A program made the position numbers and the translations under genes. A DNA stretch of 62,978 bases, the filler included, from Octopus bimaculoides (taxonomy: Eukaryota), in the NCBI RefSeq assembly GCF_001194135.2. It is 5 parts of 5 records of this genome, joined end to end, with 100 filler letters (N's around TTAATTAATTAA, not from the genome) between each part and the next. Parts side by side here need not be neighbours in the genome. Positions count along the whole stretch, not along the records: positions 20,063 to 38,422 come from NC_068991.1; 4 more parts are not named here. One strand, written 5' to 3'. The notes beneath the pieces were generated by a model that did no database searches, was not told the origin of the DNA, and saw only the letters and a list, made by a program, of their open reading frames with translations. This document shows, piece by piece, positions 24,113-36,622 of the stretch. Position 1 is the stretch's first letter; every line of letters begins with the position of its first letter.

Positions 24113-24655
24113 GAAGACTATTATCATTTTCGTTGTTGTTTTGTTTTAAATGAGTTGTTCCAAATCTCACCCGGAGATCTCCAGTAACAGCAAGTCGGGT
24201 GGCTTATTATGGGTGTTATTTATGTGTAAGGAGACCAAATACTGAGAATTACGATTTCATTAGAAGTTTGTTGTAATATTTGCTATTTTGAAAGGGTTTA
24301 AAAGATTCAGATGTTCTCAGGTTGACTGTCTTTCTTAGAATAGGGACTACTTGACAGAGTTACTCTTATGATGTGGGTGGTACTCATAAGAACAATTTTT
24401 TGTAAGATCTGCTATTTTGGGTTTCCTGATATTTTGACCATAGTTATTATCCCCAAAGCCCTGATGCTCACAAGAACAGTTGCCGTTCCTGAGCAGACGC
24501 TTTATCAATGTCATTTTTCACCACAATATCTGATTTACTGGCCTGAATCGCTCGATCAGTTTGAATACTAAAGTCCGTAAGACATTGTCAACCTAAACCT
24601 ACAGGATGTTCTAGTTACGACCACACTGTCCCATTATCTAATGTACCCTAACCCT

Positions 24656-24659
<4 letters not shown>

Positions 24660-24741
<82 letters not shown>

Positions 24742-24755
24742 GCGCACACACACAG
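24660..24755. repeat. (CA)n microsatellite
   Basis: Directly visible. Confidence 0.95.
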
Positions 24756-26759
24756 AACAACAAAAACAATGAGGTGTTATTTGAGAGAGATTTCGCTGCT
24801 ATTTTTAGCACGCAGAACGCACGTGTGGTGGGCTCTTTGGTCGGCTCACAGTCGATCTGTGGAATTGGATGCCTGCTTCAGTATATTCATGAAATGAGGC
24901 CGAAGATTGTCAAATACCAAACCTGCGACATCCATTATTTTTTTGAATAGAATATTCTTGGGGTATTTTCCTTCACACACACACACACACACTGAGTAGC
25001 AAAAACATTACAACTGAATTTTGATTCAGATTTTTTTTTTTTTTGAGACTACCAAAATCTATTGCAGATATTCTAACTCTTATTAAAGTAAACACATTCA
25101 AATGATGAAGTCCTCCACTTGTTGTGTTGCTGTTATTGCTCTCACGGTTGTTATTCAATCTCCAGGTCAGCCATAATTTAAGAAAACTACGATGAAAAGC
25201 ATTCTAGCAATGGCTGCCTTATCTGTTCAGAGATCAGTTGGACTTCATTATCTAATGTGTCCTTTCCTTCTTTAAACTAAATAAGAGCTTACTCATATTG
25301 TGAAAAAGCACTCACTACATGCTTAAATCCACTCAAGACAAACCAGGGTGATGGCTGAAAATACGAAAAGGAAAAGACAAGATTGAAAAGGGGCTGACTT
25401 CTCCGAAATCTCAATTAATTAAATTTACATATAGAATCGAAAATTTAATCTGATCTTCGCCTGACACGCTGACAGTTATTGACATGTGTCGATAGTCATC
25501 AATGAAGCATAATCTCAACTTATTTATTATTACTTCATAAAATATTACTGAAGGTACGCCGACTGCGTATATGAAAGCTGTCCGGTTCTGTTAGCATTTT
25601 AATATTTGACTGCCATTAGCATTTTCCATTCAGTTACACGTCAAAGTAAAACGATAAGAACAAAGATGAACGACTCAATAGTTACAAGGTACAACCTTCT
25701 TAATGGAATTAATTCTAAAGACGAAGAATTATTTTATTCTAATTACTATTAGCATGCAGAGCCAGAGAGCATTGGCGTGACATTATAAGACAGTTGAATA
25801 GTGATATAGAAGTGCATTTCTGGAGATACTTGAGAGACTTGAATGTTCTTAGTATATCGATGATGGCGAAACACGAATAAAAGCGCAGCGTAAAAACAAA
25901 ACAAAATGAATTACGTCAGTTTTGATGTATATATTTGTTCATATTTATGTTCTATGCCATACAGCGAACATTAACCTCGTTGGTTACAAATCTTTCAACA
26001 AGCCAATCAGTGGTGCGTTGGAATTTCTTACGGTATGTGTGTGTGTGTATGAGAGCAAGAGGGAGAGAGAGAGAGAAAGATAGAGAGGAAAGGAGACAGA
26101 GAGAAAGAAAAAAGAGAGAGAAAGAGAGAGAGAGAGAATGGAGAGAGATAACGAGTTGGTGAGATTACAAACATACGTAAATACATATACGTATACATAG
26201 AAATGTATGTATGCATACATACACGCACACCTGCACACACACACACANNNNNNNNNNNNNNNNNNNNNNNNNNNNNNNNNNNNNNNNNNNNNNNNNNNNN
26301 NNNNNNNNNNNNNNNNNNNNNNNNNNNNNNNNNNNNNNNNNNNNNNNNNNNNNNNNNNNNNNNNNNNNNNNNNNNNNNNNNNNNNNNNNNNNNNNNNNNN
26401 NNNNNNNNNNNNNNNNNNNNNNNNNNNNNNNNNNNNNNNNNNNNNNNNNNNNNNNNNNNNNNNNNNNNNNNNNNNNNNNNNNNNNNNNNNNNNNNNNNNN
26501 NNNNNNNNNNNNNNNNNNNNNNNNNNNNNNNNNNNNNNNNNNNNNNNNNNNNNNNNNNNNNNNNNNNNNNNNNNNNNTATATATATATATATATATATGT
26601 ATAGCAATGTTAATTCTCTAAATGGGGCTAAAAGCAACAGTAACATCCACCCCTAGGGGTCAGCCACACTTAAGTGGCAATATACTACACTTTATATATG
26701 TATATATATATATAAATAAGTAAAAATGGGATTACACAACCCTGGCAGATATCAAGTAT

Positions 26760-26931
26760 ATAGGCGCAGGTGTAGCTGTGCGATAAGAAGCTTGCTTCCC
26801 AACTACATGGTTCTGGTTTCAGTCAGACGTTGTGGTACCTTAGACACGTTTCTTCTACTACAGCCTCGGGCCGACCAAAGCCTTGTGAATGGATTTGGTA
26901 GATGGAAACTGAAAGAAGCCCGTCGCATATA

Positions 26932-26972
<41 letters not shown>

Positions 26973-27079
26973 TGTGTGTGTGTGCGTCTTTATTCCTCAT
27001 CCCCGCTTGACAATCGGTGTTAGTGTGTTTCCATGAGAGTAACTTAGCGGTTCGGCAAAAATGACCGATAGAATAAGTA
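26760..27079 (+). mobile_element. SINE family A, 3'-truncated and fused to a mariner end
   Basis: Head ATAGGCGCAGGTGTAGCTGTG, then CAGCCTCGGGCCGACCAAAGCCTTGTG, an internal (TG)n, ending at CCGATAGAATAAGTA. Confidence 0.85.
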
Positions 27080-27665
27080 TCCGGTATGTTGCCATAGTAA
27101 CGAAGCTAAAACATGCAGAATGAAGCTGCTTGGCAAAGATTGACCTTAAACTCTGCTGTTCACGCGCACTAAGTTTTAATGTTCCAGCTCACTTCCTCTG
27201 TTTACAGCACTGCTTGGAATGAACTTGAGTAGCGTGTAATCATCGCACTGACCATGACAGAGAAAATTGTCATGGCGATACCTGCTCAAAGGCCTAAGCA
27301 AAGTGGCAGAAAGTGTATAGAGAGGAGTGTATGAGTCGCACACAAGTGTACGAGTGGATCAGACATTTCCAAGATGGCCCAAAAATGCGATATTGATGAA
27401 CGTTCTGGGAGATCCACGACCAGCAGAACTGAGAAAAACATCACAGACGTACGTGCAGCTGTGAGGGGAAATCGTCGAATCACCATCCGTGAGTTATCAG
27501 AAAATGTGCAGATTAGTTACGGTTCAGTTCAGTCCATTATCACTGAAGATATGGGTGTGAGACACGTGTCTGCCATGTTTGTGCCAAAACAGCTTTCAGC
27601 TGACCAAAATGACACTTGGGTTTCAGTTGCACAAGATCTTGATGTGTCGAGAACGATGTAAAACA
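27072..27665 (+). mobile_element. 5' half of the same mariner family as 13392-14274
   Basis: Starts AATAAGTATCCGG-ATGTTGCCATAGTAACGAAGCTAAA. Encodes AQKCDIDERSGRSTTSRTEKNITDVRAAVRGNRRITIRELSENVQISYGSVQSIITEDMGVRHVSAMFVPKQLS (HTH region and WVP-equivalent motif). Confidence 0.88.
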
Positions 27666-27869
27666 AATCTGTAAAACACAACTCTGTGCAACTTTTTGCC
27701 CTAAAATAGGAGCATTTCTTTTTTTACTTTTTTTTTGTAAATTTGGAATATTTTTAATGGCAGATTTCTGGAGGTTCGTATCTTGTCTCCACTGTCGTAC
27801 TCAGCCTTTCGAAGGCTTCTGTCGGTTAGGCTTTACCATATTTATATATTTCCCATTCCCCCCGCTTTG

Positions 27870-28670
27870 GTAACCATTGGATTACATCGATCCCGGTACT
27901 AGACTGCGACATATTTTATCGACCCCACTAGGATAAAACGAAAAGTCGACTTCAGCGGAATTTGAGCTCGGAACACATAGGCGGTCGAAACACCGCCTAC
28001 TATTTTTCCCGGTGTGCTAACGATTCCGCCAGAACGCCCCACGAATTCTCTATATAAGAATCTTTTCTATTATAGGTACAAGGCCTGAAAATTTACATCG
28101 ATTCCAGTCCTCGACTGGTACTTATTTTATCAACTCCGAAGAGTGAAATATTTCTAAGAATTTTATCTGGCGTGCTAACGATTCTACCAGCTCTCCACCT
28201 TTTGAGAAACAAAAATATAATATTTCTTCCTTACATAGGTACAGGGCCTGAAATTTGAGGTAAGGAAACAATAGAAAATATCGACCGCACTACTTGTTAA
28301 GTACTTTATTTTATCGATCTTGAAAGGATAAAAAAATGTAAAGTTGGCATCGGCGTAATTCGAACTCAAAGCGTAAAGATTTACAAGTACTGCTTGATAT
28401 TTTGTCCAACGCTGTAATATTTCTACCAATCCACAAAATTATTTGGGATATTATTATAATTCTTTGTACTATTAGGCACAAGGCCTGAGTTTTGGCGGAG
28501 AAGGATAGCCAAATACTTGGACTCCAGTGCTCAACTGGTACTTTTTTTATTACCACTTTAAGGATGAAAAACAAAGTCCATGTCGGCAGCATTTGAACTG
28601 AGAACATAAAACCGGAAGAAATGCCGCTTAGGATTTTTCCCTGTGTGTCAACGATTCTGCTCGGTCACTG
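27870..28670 (-). mobile_element. Head-to-tail array of four SINE family B copies
   Basis: Copies at ~27870-28040, 28057-28201, 28222-28432 and 28460-28670. Each has AGGCACAAGGCCTG...ACTGGTACTT...GAATTTGAACTC-type blocks in the same orientation. Confidence 0.8.
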
Positions 28671-31658
28671 CATATAATTGTGCGTGCAAATGCTCGAATA
28701 GACAAAATATAATACAACCTGGCTGAAAGATTTCTGGTTCGTATTCTGTTACCAGCACCACATTATGTTCCTGACGAAGTCACCTAACTCTCAAACAGGC
28801 CAGTCTACTTGGTGATTACAGGAACCATATGTTAAAAGATATTTCACTTTTAGAAGCAGACTAGCATTGTTAAACTTTTAAATGGTACGTCGCCTCCAGT
28901 ACTAAGAATAATTTACTCTATAGATTGGGATTTGTGTCCCCAGCACAACGCCCCAGACTTTTATTTCCGAATCTACTCGACCCATCTCATTGTCGCTCAG
29001 TTCTTTGCCGGCTTTAGACTAATGTTTGATGAATTGGGATACGACATTTGTCTCTCCCCACCCCTTAAGAGTATAGAAATAGAAGATAAACACCATCTCT
29101 GTTGTTGTTATGTTGGTATTTAGCTCCAATTAGCCTTGATAGACCAGAACTATGGTCAAAAGTGTTCCAGTCATGACCATCGCGTTATTTTGTATATCTA
29201 GCCTTGCACTGTCCAATGTATCCTTCCATCTTTTTTTTTTCTAAAAGACGATAGGTTGAGATTTAAAAGAATTTTGTCTGCTATTATTAACAAATTCGAA
29301 TGACCGCATAAATCAGTGCGTGCCAAACTTTTTTTTACCATTGTTTTCTTTCTTTTACTGACAGTTTTTCAATGTCATCTTTCTTTTACCAACGCTTTTT
29401 CAACAGCCCCTTACAACGATTAAACAAAATTAAATACACCACGTATACATATGAATATATACACACAAGCAAGTCAGGACATTACACAGGTGCAGTGACC
29501 GTCTTTATTGCATGTATACTTAATGCCAAACGATGGAGATCCGCCATCACATACTAACGTCCACTTTAGCCATAATTATATACGTTTCTGGTCAAAATTG
29601 ACAGAGGGAGACAACCCTGATACGTTAATTAGCATAAACTCATTATGGGATGCTAGTCAGTGTATCCGAATTTCTTCCTTCATTCAAACTAGTAGGAAAA
29701 TATTTTGTCATCGTAACCTAGCTCACCGACGTTTAATGTAGAAGAAACCACATACTTTTCAAAGCAGCTTTTGGTGACGTGATTTTCTGCCAAGTTTAGG
29801 GAAAATATTCACAAAGCCAGGCAGATAGAAATATTTGTCTTATCTCACGCAACAATTGCAACGGAAACAGCCCGACGGCTAAAGATGCTTTTCTAGCATA
29901 AACGAAAGGATCTTTTCTAGTTTAAATGCAGTTAAGCATTCTGCTTAGTATCCAAGTTAATTTCTACCGAATTCTTCCCTTCAAAACGATAGTTCTCCGC
30001 GATTATGTTAGGGAGTGCATTTTAGAGTACATGTATGTATGTATGTATGTTTGTATGTAATTACTTTCTCTAACAGTGTAGTTATTTACTTCCTCCTTTG
30101 GTTAAATTACGCACACATTTAATCACATACTGATGCATCTCAACACACAGAGACACAGACACACACAGAGGCACATACACATATATATATGCATGCGTGT
30201 GTGTGTGTATGTATGAATATTAACATCCGATTGAAGTTATTACCAAGTGGTTTCATGCCAAAAAAATGGAAAGGTAAATTTAGCAATCATCAGATATGGG
30301 TAAATGAGAAAGAAAGGACAGGGCTCTTTGCTACTAGTGGCCTGAAAACACCACATCCGGTCTATAGGTTTCATGAATGAAAGAACAGCCATAAGAGATA
30401 GACTAACGGAGCAAAAGAACAAAACGGATAAGGCTCTCTTAAACCCATCGTATTTTTGTCCCTCGGATTGCTCCCTTTTAGTCGGCTAACCACAGATGTC
30501 ACACCGTAGTCAGGTTTTCTTTGAGAGGAAAGTCGGTCGTCAGTGAAACTTCGAAGTCTCAGTCAACATATTCCTTGTAAAAATATAGTTTCTACTCTGC
30601 TTCAATATTCTAACCCAACCTTTACTTAATACTTGTCTGTTTTTATTTATGATCAAACATAAAAAAACCCACATTAAAATAGTGGGAAGGGCTGAATATT
30701 TTCTCAATGTCTTTTTTTATTTTGTTATATCTAAATCACAGGGCATGTAATTGACGCAGCCATAGTTTCTGGTACCTTCGAGTAAAACTCGACTTAAGTT
30801 TTCTCTGCTTAATGAAGCCAGTGTTGTTTAATTGTTCTGAATTAGTGATCAAATTGTTTCACTGTAGAAAATAAGTTTTTGTTTAACCCATGCTACTAAA
30901 TTTCCTATATTTGCCAAGCTATTGTTCTTTTACCCAATTTTTTTCATATGCAATTGTTTTAATTTTCTTTTGTCTTTATCTTTCAATTATATAAAAAATA
31001 AATAATGATTTTTAATATTAATGAAGAAGCAATACATAGCCTTATTAGGAAATAAACTAATAAATAAAACATTAGCTTTTGATAATGGTAACGAAGAGAA
31101 AGAATACAATGTGTATCCGAAGACTATAATATTGTTACTGACTCTGATCAAAGCGGCTTTTGAAAACGATGCTGATTATAGTAAACTTTAATACGACATT
31201 GTTTCGTTATTTTTGTCAGTAATGCAAATTTTTATTTGTTATTTTCCCAACAAGGAAATGTTATTATAATGAGTGTATTTCTACGTGTATATATATTGTT
31301 TATATGTCGATAATATATAGAATATATAAAATATATCATATGCTGACTTCAATATTATGGTTATTTTTTTTAGAAAATAAAAGCTATTAATACTATTTTT
31401 CAACGTAAAAATATATAAATTTCAATCATCTTTTTTTTTTCGTTTTAATATTTTTTTTCTCATTTTTAAATTGAAAATTTCTCCTTTTATAATATGTCTC
31501 TCTTTTAACTTTACTAAAGTGGAATAAAACATTGATATAATGTAGACGCAACACTCTGCATATTAAATGTAGGAAGAAAAAAATAATGGAGCTTGCCTCT
31601 GTCACCCCCCTTCCTTTTGATACTCTCTTCATACACACATCAACACATATAGAGATGC

Positions 31659-31810
31659 TTTCTAGCGTAGGCACAAGGCCTGAACTTTTGAGAGCGGAGG
31701 CCAGTCGCTTTCGTCGACCCCAGAACTTGACTGGTACTTACTTTATCAACCCCGAAGGAGCAGAAGGAGAAGCCGACCTCAGCGGAATTTGAACTCAGAA
31801 CAAGAAGTCA
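31659..31810 (-). mobile_element. SINE family B, 5'-truncated
   Basis: AGGCACAAGGCCTGAA...ACTGGTACTTA...CCGACCTCAGCGGAATTTGAACTCAGAAC. Confidence 0.8.
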
Positions 31811-32229
31811 GAATTTTTGATAATTATTATTAAGCGCTTTCATCTCGTTTCAGAGAATCATCGGAAATGATACTTTTACAGGAAATTTATATACATATAT
31901 GTAAGCTAGTTGAAAAGTTCTGGAGTTGAATTGGGAAGAAAATGCTCTATATTATTTTGAATCTATGTGTATATATATATATATATATACGTGTGTGTAT
32001 ATGTGAATGTATGTTTGTAGGTATGTGTGTGTAGTGAATATTTGGAGGCTTGGTTAGAGGGACAAAAAGGGGAAAAGGAAGAAAAAAGAAAGAGAATAGC
32101 GATTCCTTGTTCAGTAATTATATTTTTTTCTTCACGGTAAAAGAATTTCGTATTCGTTCAGTAGAAAAAAATATGATCTAAATTAGTAAAGTACTTCCCT
32201 AAGCTATTTGAAATGTCAGCCGATTGATC

Positions 32230-33140
32230 TTTCAAATCAACTTCTATAAGTTCAGGCATATTTTCGTTGATCAAAGATAACTCCTAACCTGCAAAACTGA
32301 GTAATTCGTTTTTCACGACGCCTTATCAAAAGATATAAGTTTCCATGCAAAGAAACAAATCTATTTCTTTGGAGTTCTTGTGTGTATTTTGGGTTGAGTG
32401 ATGAGTAAAATTTCCTGTATCTGTTTCCACCCAAAATATTAGGTAAATAACATAAACGGGCTGTTCACACGGTGATACCAAATAGATTAGTAAATATAGA
32501 TCTTTTCTCTCTTAAAAAACTTATATAGCAATTCATCAACGGGAATGAGGAATTTGCCAAGAGATAACCAGCGAATTCTGTACGATAAAGCATTATTGCA
32601 TATTCTGCTACCATTTCTTTATAAAGCTCCTTAAATGTGCTACTGGAGAAGTTCACAGTTTTGATTGTATCTTCAAAAACATATTTGTAATAGATTTGAA
32701 GACATTTTGGCTCCAAAACATAACGACGTATAAAACAATAATCAGTATAAGAACTCTTTTGTTTTATAAAACCGTGAAATCATTTCTTTTGGCTCATCAT
32801 ACAAGGAGGACAATCAACAGACACTTATGAAGCGTGACACCAATGTCTTTCTGACGTTTCCATAAGTCTAGAAACTCGTCTTCTATATTGAAAACATCTT
32901 TTCCTTTTACAGTTGTAGACAATTCATTAAAAATGACAATGATAATCCTTTTCGTTGTTCACATTCAGTGTAATTGGTCGAACAACGCAGCATCAATTTC
33001 GTTAATTCTATAAATTACTTGTCGCTACATATTCAATGTTAGTTGCCATATTGTTCGGCGCCGGTCTGTACGGTTCTTAAGCCCGATAGAGTTCGCAATT
33101 CTAAAGAGATTGTTCGCACTTCTTGTAAGTTCTCTCTCAT
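32230..33140 (-). pseudogene. hAT (Buster/Charlie/SPIN-type) transposase remnant
   Basis: Minus strand fragments MATNIE, KGKDVFNIEDEFL, TIKTVNF...FKELYKEMVAEYAIMLYRTE and LCYLPNI match the Buster-type motifs DMAxNI, TTGEDIF, VNFI...FKxLCxEMGAEH..LLYHTEVRWLS and LAYLADI in order. Confidence 0.72.
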
Positions 33141-33269
33141 CTTGTCATGAGAGTAATGTCTATGTTTACCTGCGGTGTGGTTCGATATCACTTTATCGTC
33201 TTTGCTTTCGTTTTTTTATACTGTAATTGTTTCCTCTTTTGTTTTAAAACTGCAATTTCTAGCAAAACC

Positions 33270-33270
<1 letters not shown>

Positions 33271-33335
<65 letters not shown>
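33271..33335. repeat. (TAA)n microsatellite, about 21 units
   Basis: Directly visible; abuts the R4/Dong fragment. Confidence 0.97.
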
Positions 33336-33336
33336 T

Positions 33337-33861
33337 ATTCCATCTGGCCACTAGCCAAGAAGGAATATAAGAGACGCCAGGATAGTATAACAAGGCTTGT
33401 CCATTGGACGCTTTGAAACAAGTATGGTCTTGACAGAGAAAAAAATTGGATCGATCACAAACCCGGAGGCATCACCAAAAATGGTAATGCAAAGATCCTT
33501 TGGGATTCTATGATCCAGTGCGACGATGAGATTGAGAATAGGAAGCCAGACATAGTGTTAATAGAGAAAGAAAGTAAACTATGCTGGATCATAGATATAG
33601 CATGCCAAGGTGACAACAAGGTATGCGAGAAGGAAGAAAGAAAAGTCGCGAGGTATGAAAGGTTAGCTTGGGAGGTAAAGCAGTTGTGGTCGATGAAAAA
33701 AGTGGTAGTGGTACCAATAATTGTCTAAGCCATTTGGAACAGTGAGCAAAAATCTCGAGAAGTACGTGGAACAAATAGGGGCTGCAATAAGGTTGGAGCA
33801 CTTGCAGAAAACAGCACTGCTTGGAATCGCTCGAATACTGCGGAAAGTGCTTGAAAAATAA
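33337..33861 (+). pseudogene. R4/Dong-type non-LTR retrotransposon C-terminus (restriction-like PD-(D/E)xK endonuclease), 5'-truncated
   Basis: KRRQDSITRLVHWTL (RHD motif), KILWD, NRKPDIVL, IIDIAC, KVARY, VVVVPII, then after a frameshift LQKTALLGIARILRKVLEK* ending at 33861. Confidence 0.88.
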
Positions 33862-34043
33862 GAGGTGTTAGGGTAGAAAGAATTTATGTTTGCGTGATTT
33901 CCTGCGCTGAGGGAACGTCTTAAACATGTCCATTCCAGTTTGTGGGTTCAATACAGCAGTAAGTGCAACGTAGAAGCGAATATATTGAAATATCGATTTA
34001 TTGATTTCCCAAACGAGTGATTGATTGACCGATATATGTATCC

Positions 34044-34082
<39 letters not shown>

Positions 34083-34289
34083 AGATGCATATTTGTGTGT
34101 GTGTATATATATATGTGTATATATATATGTATATATGCATACAGGCATGCACGCACACTTACACACGCGCGCGCACGCACACACGTATACATAGAGGATA
34201 TATCGATGGACCGTTAGATAGATATAAATAGACAGATTGTCCTTATTCAAGTATTCAACGACAAATATTGAATAGATAATATCATTGTG

Positions 34290-34344
34290 GCTTTAAGGAT
34301 ATTATTATTATTATTGATAACAATACAACAATAGCAATAACAAC

Positions 34345-34377
<33 letters not shown>

Positions 34378-34405
34378 CATAATAATAATAATAATAATAA
34401 TAATA
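34290..34405. repeat. (TTA)n / (CAA)n / (TAA)n microsatellite block
   Basis: Directly visible. Confidence 0.95.
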
Positions 34406-34435
34406 AACGCCGACACTAGTACCACCTGGCCACTT

Positions 34436-35598
34436 ATTGTTTGCGCGCAATGATAATTTCCGGATCAGTGAAATATTTCTATAATACTTTCACTGCAATT
34501 TGTTTGTCTCTTTCAGCAAACTTAGTTTTAAGTTTCTCAGTGGCCACAATACACGAAATACTCCCTTGCGTTAGGCAAGAAGCCGCACCACTGGACAGAC
34601 ATTGCTTATTTTCAATCAATGCCACAGGATATATGAATGTCTAAGGATTCGTTTGAAGATAACTAAATTTACACTCAACTGATCGTTCCTTCTCTATTTC
34701 ATTAGAGAGCTGGTGGATGGATTAGTAGGTTATTTCCATTTGGTTAAACGCAGTTGAGTAGGTAAGGTTTATATCATTAGGCTTAATGTTGTTGGAGGTG
34801 TCAGCTATTACAGTTAAATTGTTTCTCGTTTTACTTGTAGANNNNNNNNNNNNNNNNNNNNNNNNNNNNNNNNNNNNNNNNNNNNNNNNNNNNNNNNNNN
34901 NNNNNNNNNNNNNNNNNNNNNNNNNNNNNNNNNNNNNNNNNNNNNNNNNNNNNNNNNNNNNNNNNNNNNNNNNNNNNNNNNNNNNNNNNNNNNNNNNNNN
35001 NNNNNNNNNNNNNNNNNNNNNNNNNNNNNNNNNNNNNNNNNNNNNNNNNNNNNNNNNNNNNNNNNNNNNNNNNNNNNNNNNNNNNNNNNNNNNNNNNNNN
35101 NNNNNNNNNNNNNNNNNNNNNNNNNNNNNNNNNNNNNNNNNNNNNNNNNNNNNNNNNNNNNNNNNNNNNNNNNNNNNNNNNNNNNNNNNNNNNNNATTGT
35201 TTGCGCGCAATGATAATTTCCGGATCAGTGAAATATTTCTATAGTATTTTCACTGCAATTTGTTTGTCTCTTTCAGCAAGCTTAGTTTTAAGTTACTCGG
35301 TGGCCATAATATACGAAATTCTCCCTTGTGTTAGGCAAGAAGCTGCACCACTGGACAAACATTGCTTATTTTCAATCAATGCCACAGAATATATGAATGT
35401 CTAAGGATTCGTTTGAAGATAACTAAATTTACACACAACTGATCGTTCCTTCTCTATTTCATTAGAGAGCTGGTGGATGGATTAGCAGGTTATTTCCATT
35501 TGGTTAAATGCAGTTGAGGAGGTAAGGTTTATATCATTAGGCTTAATGTTGGAGGTGTCAGCTATTACAGTTAAATTGTTTCTCGTTTTACTTGTAGA
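34436..35598. repeat. ~405 bp direct duplication across a gap (34436-34841 versus 35196-35598)
   Basis: Aligned by eye: about 16 substitutions plus one 3-bp indel. Confidence 0.92.
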
Positions 35599-35911
35599 TA
35601 TGACGAAGCTATATATAAGCTTAGTATCTTGTAATGTCGCTAAATTAATGACCCCAATTAACAAATGGAAAATCATAAAATTTATTATTGTGTTGATTAT
35701 TGCATTAATAATACTTCAACTTATAACCAGCTAATACCTAATTGTTGTCCTGTTCGAAGTAATTGCCTTTCAAAATCCACAGTGACTGTTAAATTCAATA
35801 TCCATCTGAAGTGTATTACCTACATTGGCATAAACGTTAAGCCATTTAAACATGTATTCATGACAAGAAAACACTGAACTCTTTCATGATCCAAGTTATA
35901 ATCTAAATTAT

Positions 35912-36129
35912 CTCTAACATAGGCACAAGGCTTTGAATTTTACATGAAAGGGTCAGACGATACCGTTGACTGCCAGTTCTTGACTGATATATTATTTTGT
36001 CGACCCCAGGGAGGTGAAAGGTGAAGTTGATCCTGGTGGAAATTGAATTCAGAACGTAAAGAACTGGAACAAATAACCACAAGGCAGTTTTTCCGAACCT
36101 CTAACGGCCCTCCCAGTCCACCGTCCTTA
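35912..36129 (-). mobile_element. SINE family B, diverged
   Basis: ATAGGCACAAGGC...GTCGACCCC...GGTGAAAGGTGAAGTTGA...GAATTCAGAACGTAAAGA. Confidence 0.7.
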
Positions 36130-36130
36130 C

Positions 36131-36204
36131 CAGATGAGGCTATGATAACGAGGCACTGCACAGATGAGGCTATGATAACGAGGCACTGCACAGATAAGGC
36201 TACT
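36131..36204. repeat. Perfect 30-bp tandem duplication plus a partial third unit
   Basis: CAGATGAGGCTATGATAACGAGGCACTGCA at 36131-36160 and 36161-36190, then CAGATAAGGCTA. Confidence 0.95.
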
Positions 36205-36249
36205 GTAAACAAGACCGGCATTGTAAGACTTGACCAATATTTTTTTTTA

Positions 36250-36622
36250 GTGGTGAGGAGCTTGCTTACCAACCACATGGTTCCAGGTTCAGTCCCACTG
36301 CTTGCCACCAGGACTTATTCTTTGTAAGCCTAGTACTTATTCTGTCGGTCTCTTTTGCCGAACCGCTAAGTTAAGGGGACGTAAACACACCAGCATCGGT
36401 CGTCAAGCGATGATGGGGGACAAACACGGGCATACACACACGCACACACATATATATATATACGACGGGCTTCTTTCAGTTTCCATCTACCAAATCCACT
36501 CAAGGCTTTGGTCGGCCCGAGGCTGTAGTAGAAGACACTCGCCCAAGGTGCCACGCAGTAAGACTGAACCCGGAACCATGTGGTTGGTTAGCAAGCTACT
36601 TACCACACAGCCACTTCTGCGC
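36250..36622 (-). mobile_element. Young SINE family A copy (minus, ~36305-36622) abutting an oppositely oriented family A head (plus, ~36250-36305)
   Basis: The minus copy is near-identical to 38523-38815 and 26760-27079. The plus head is GAGCTTGCTTACCAACCACATGGTTCCAGGTTCAGTCCCACTGC. Confidence 0.85.

Noticed and set aside
36131-36204. 30-bp direct repeats as a mini CRISPR array
   Set aside because: The units are adjacent with no spacers, there are no cas genes, and the context is eukaryotic; this is a simple tandem duplication.
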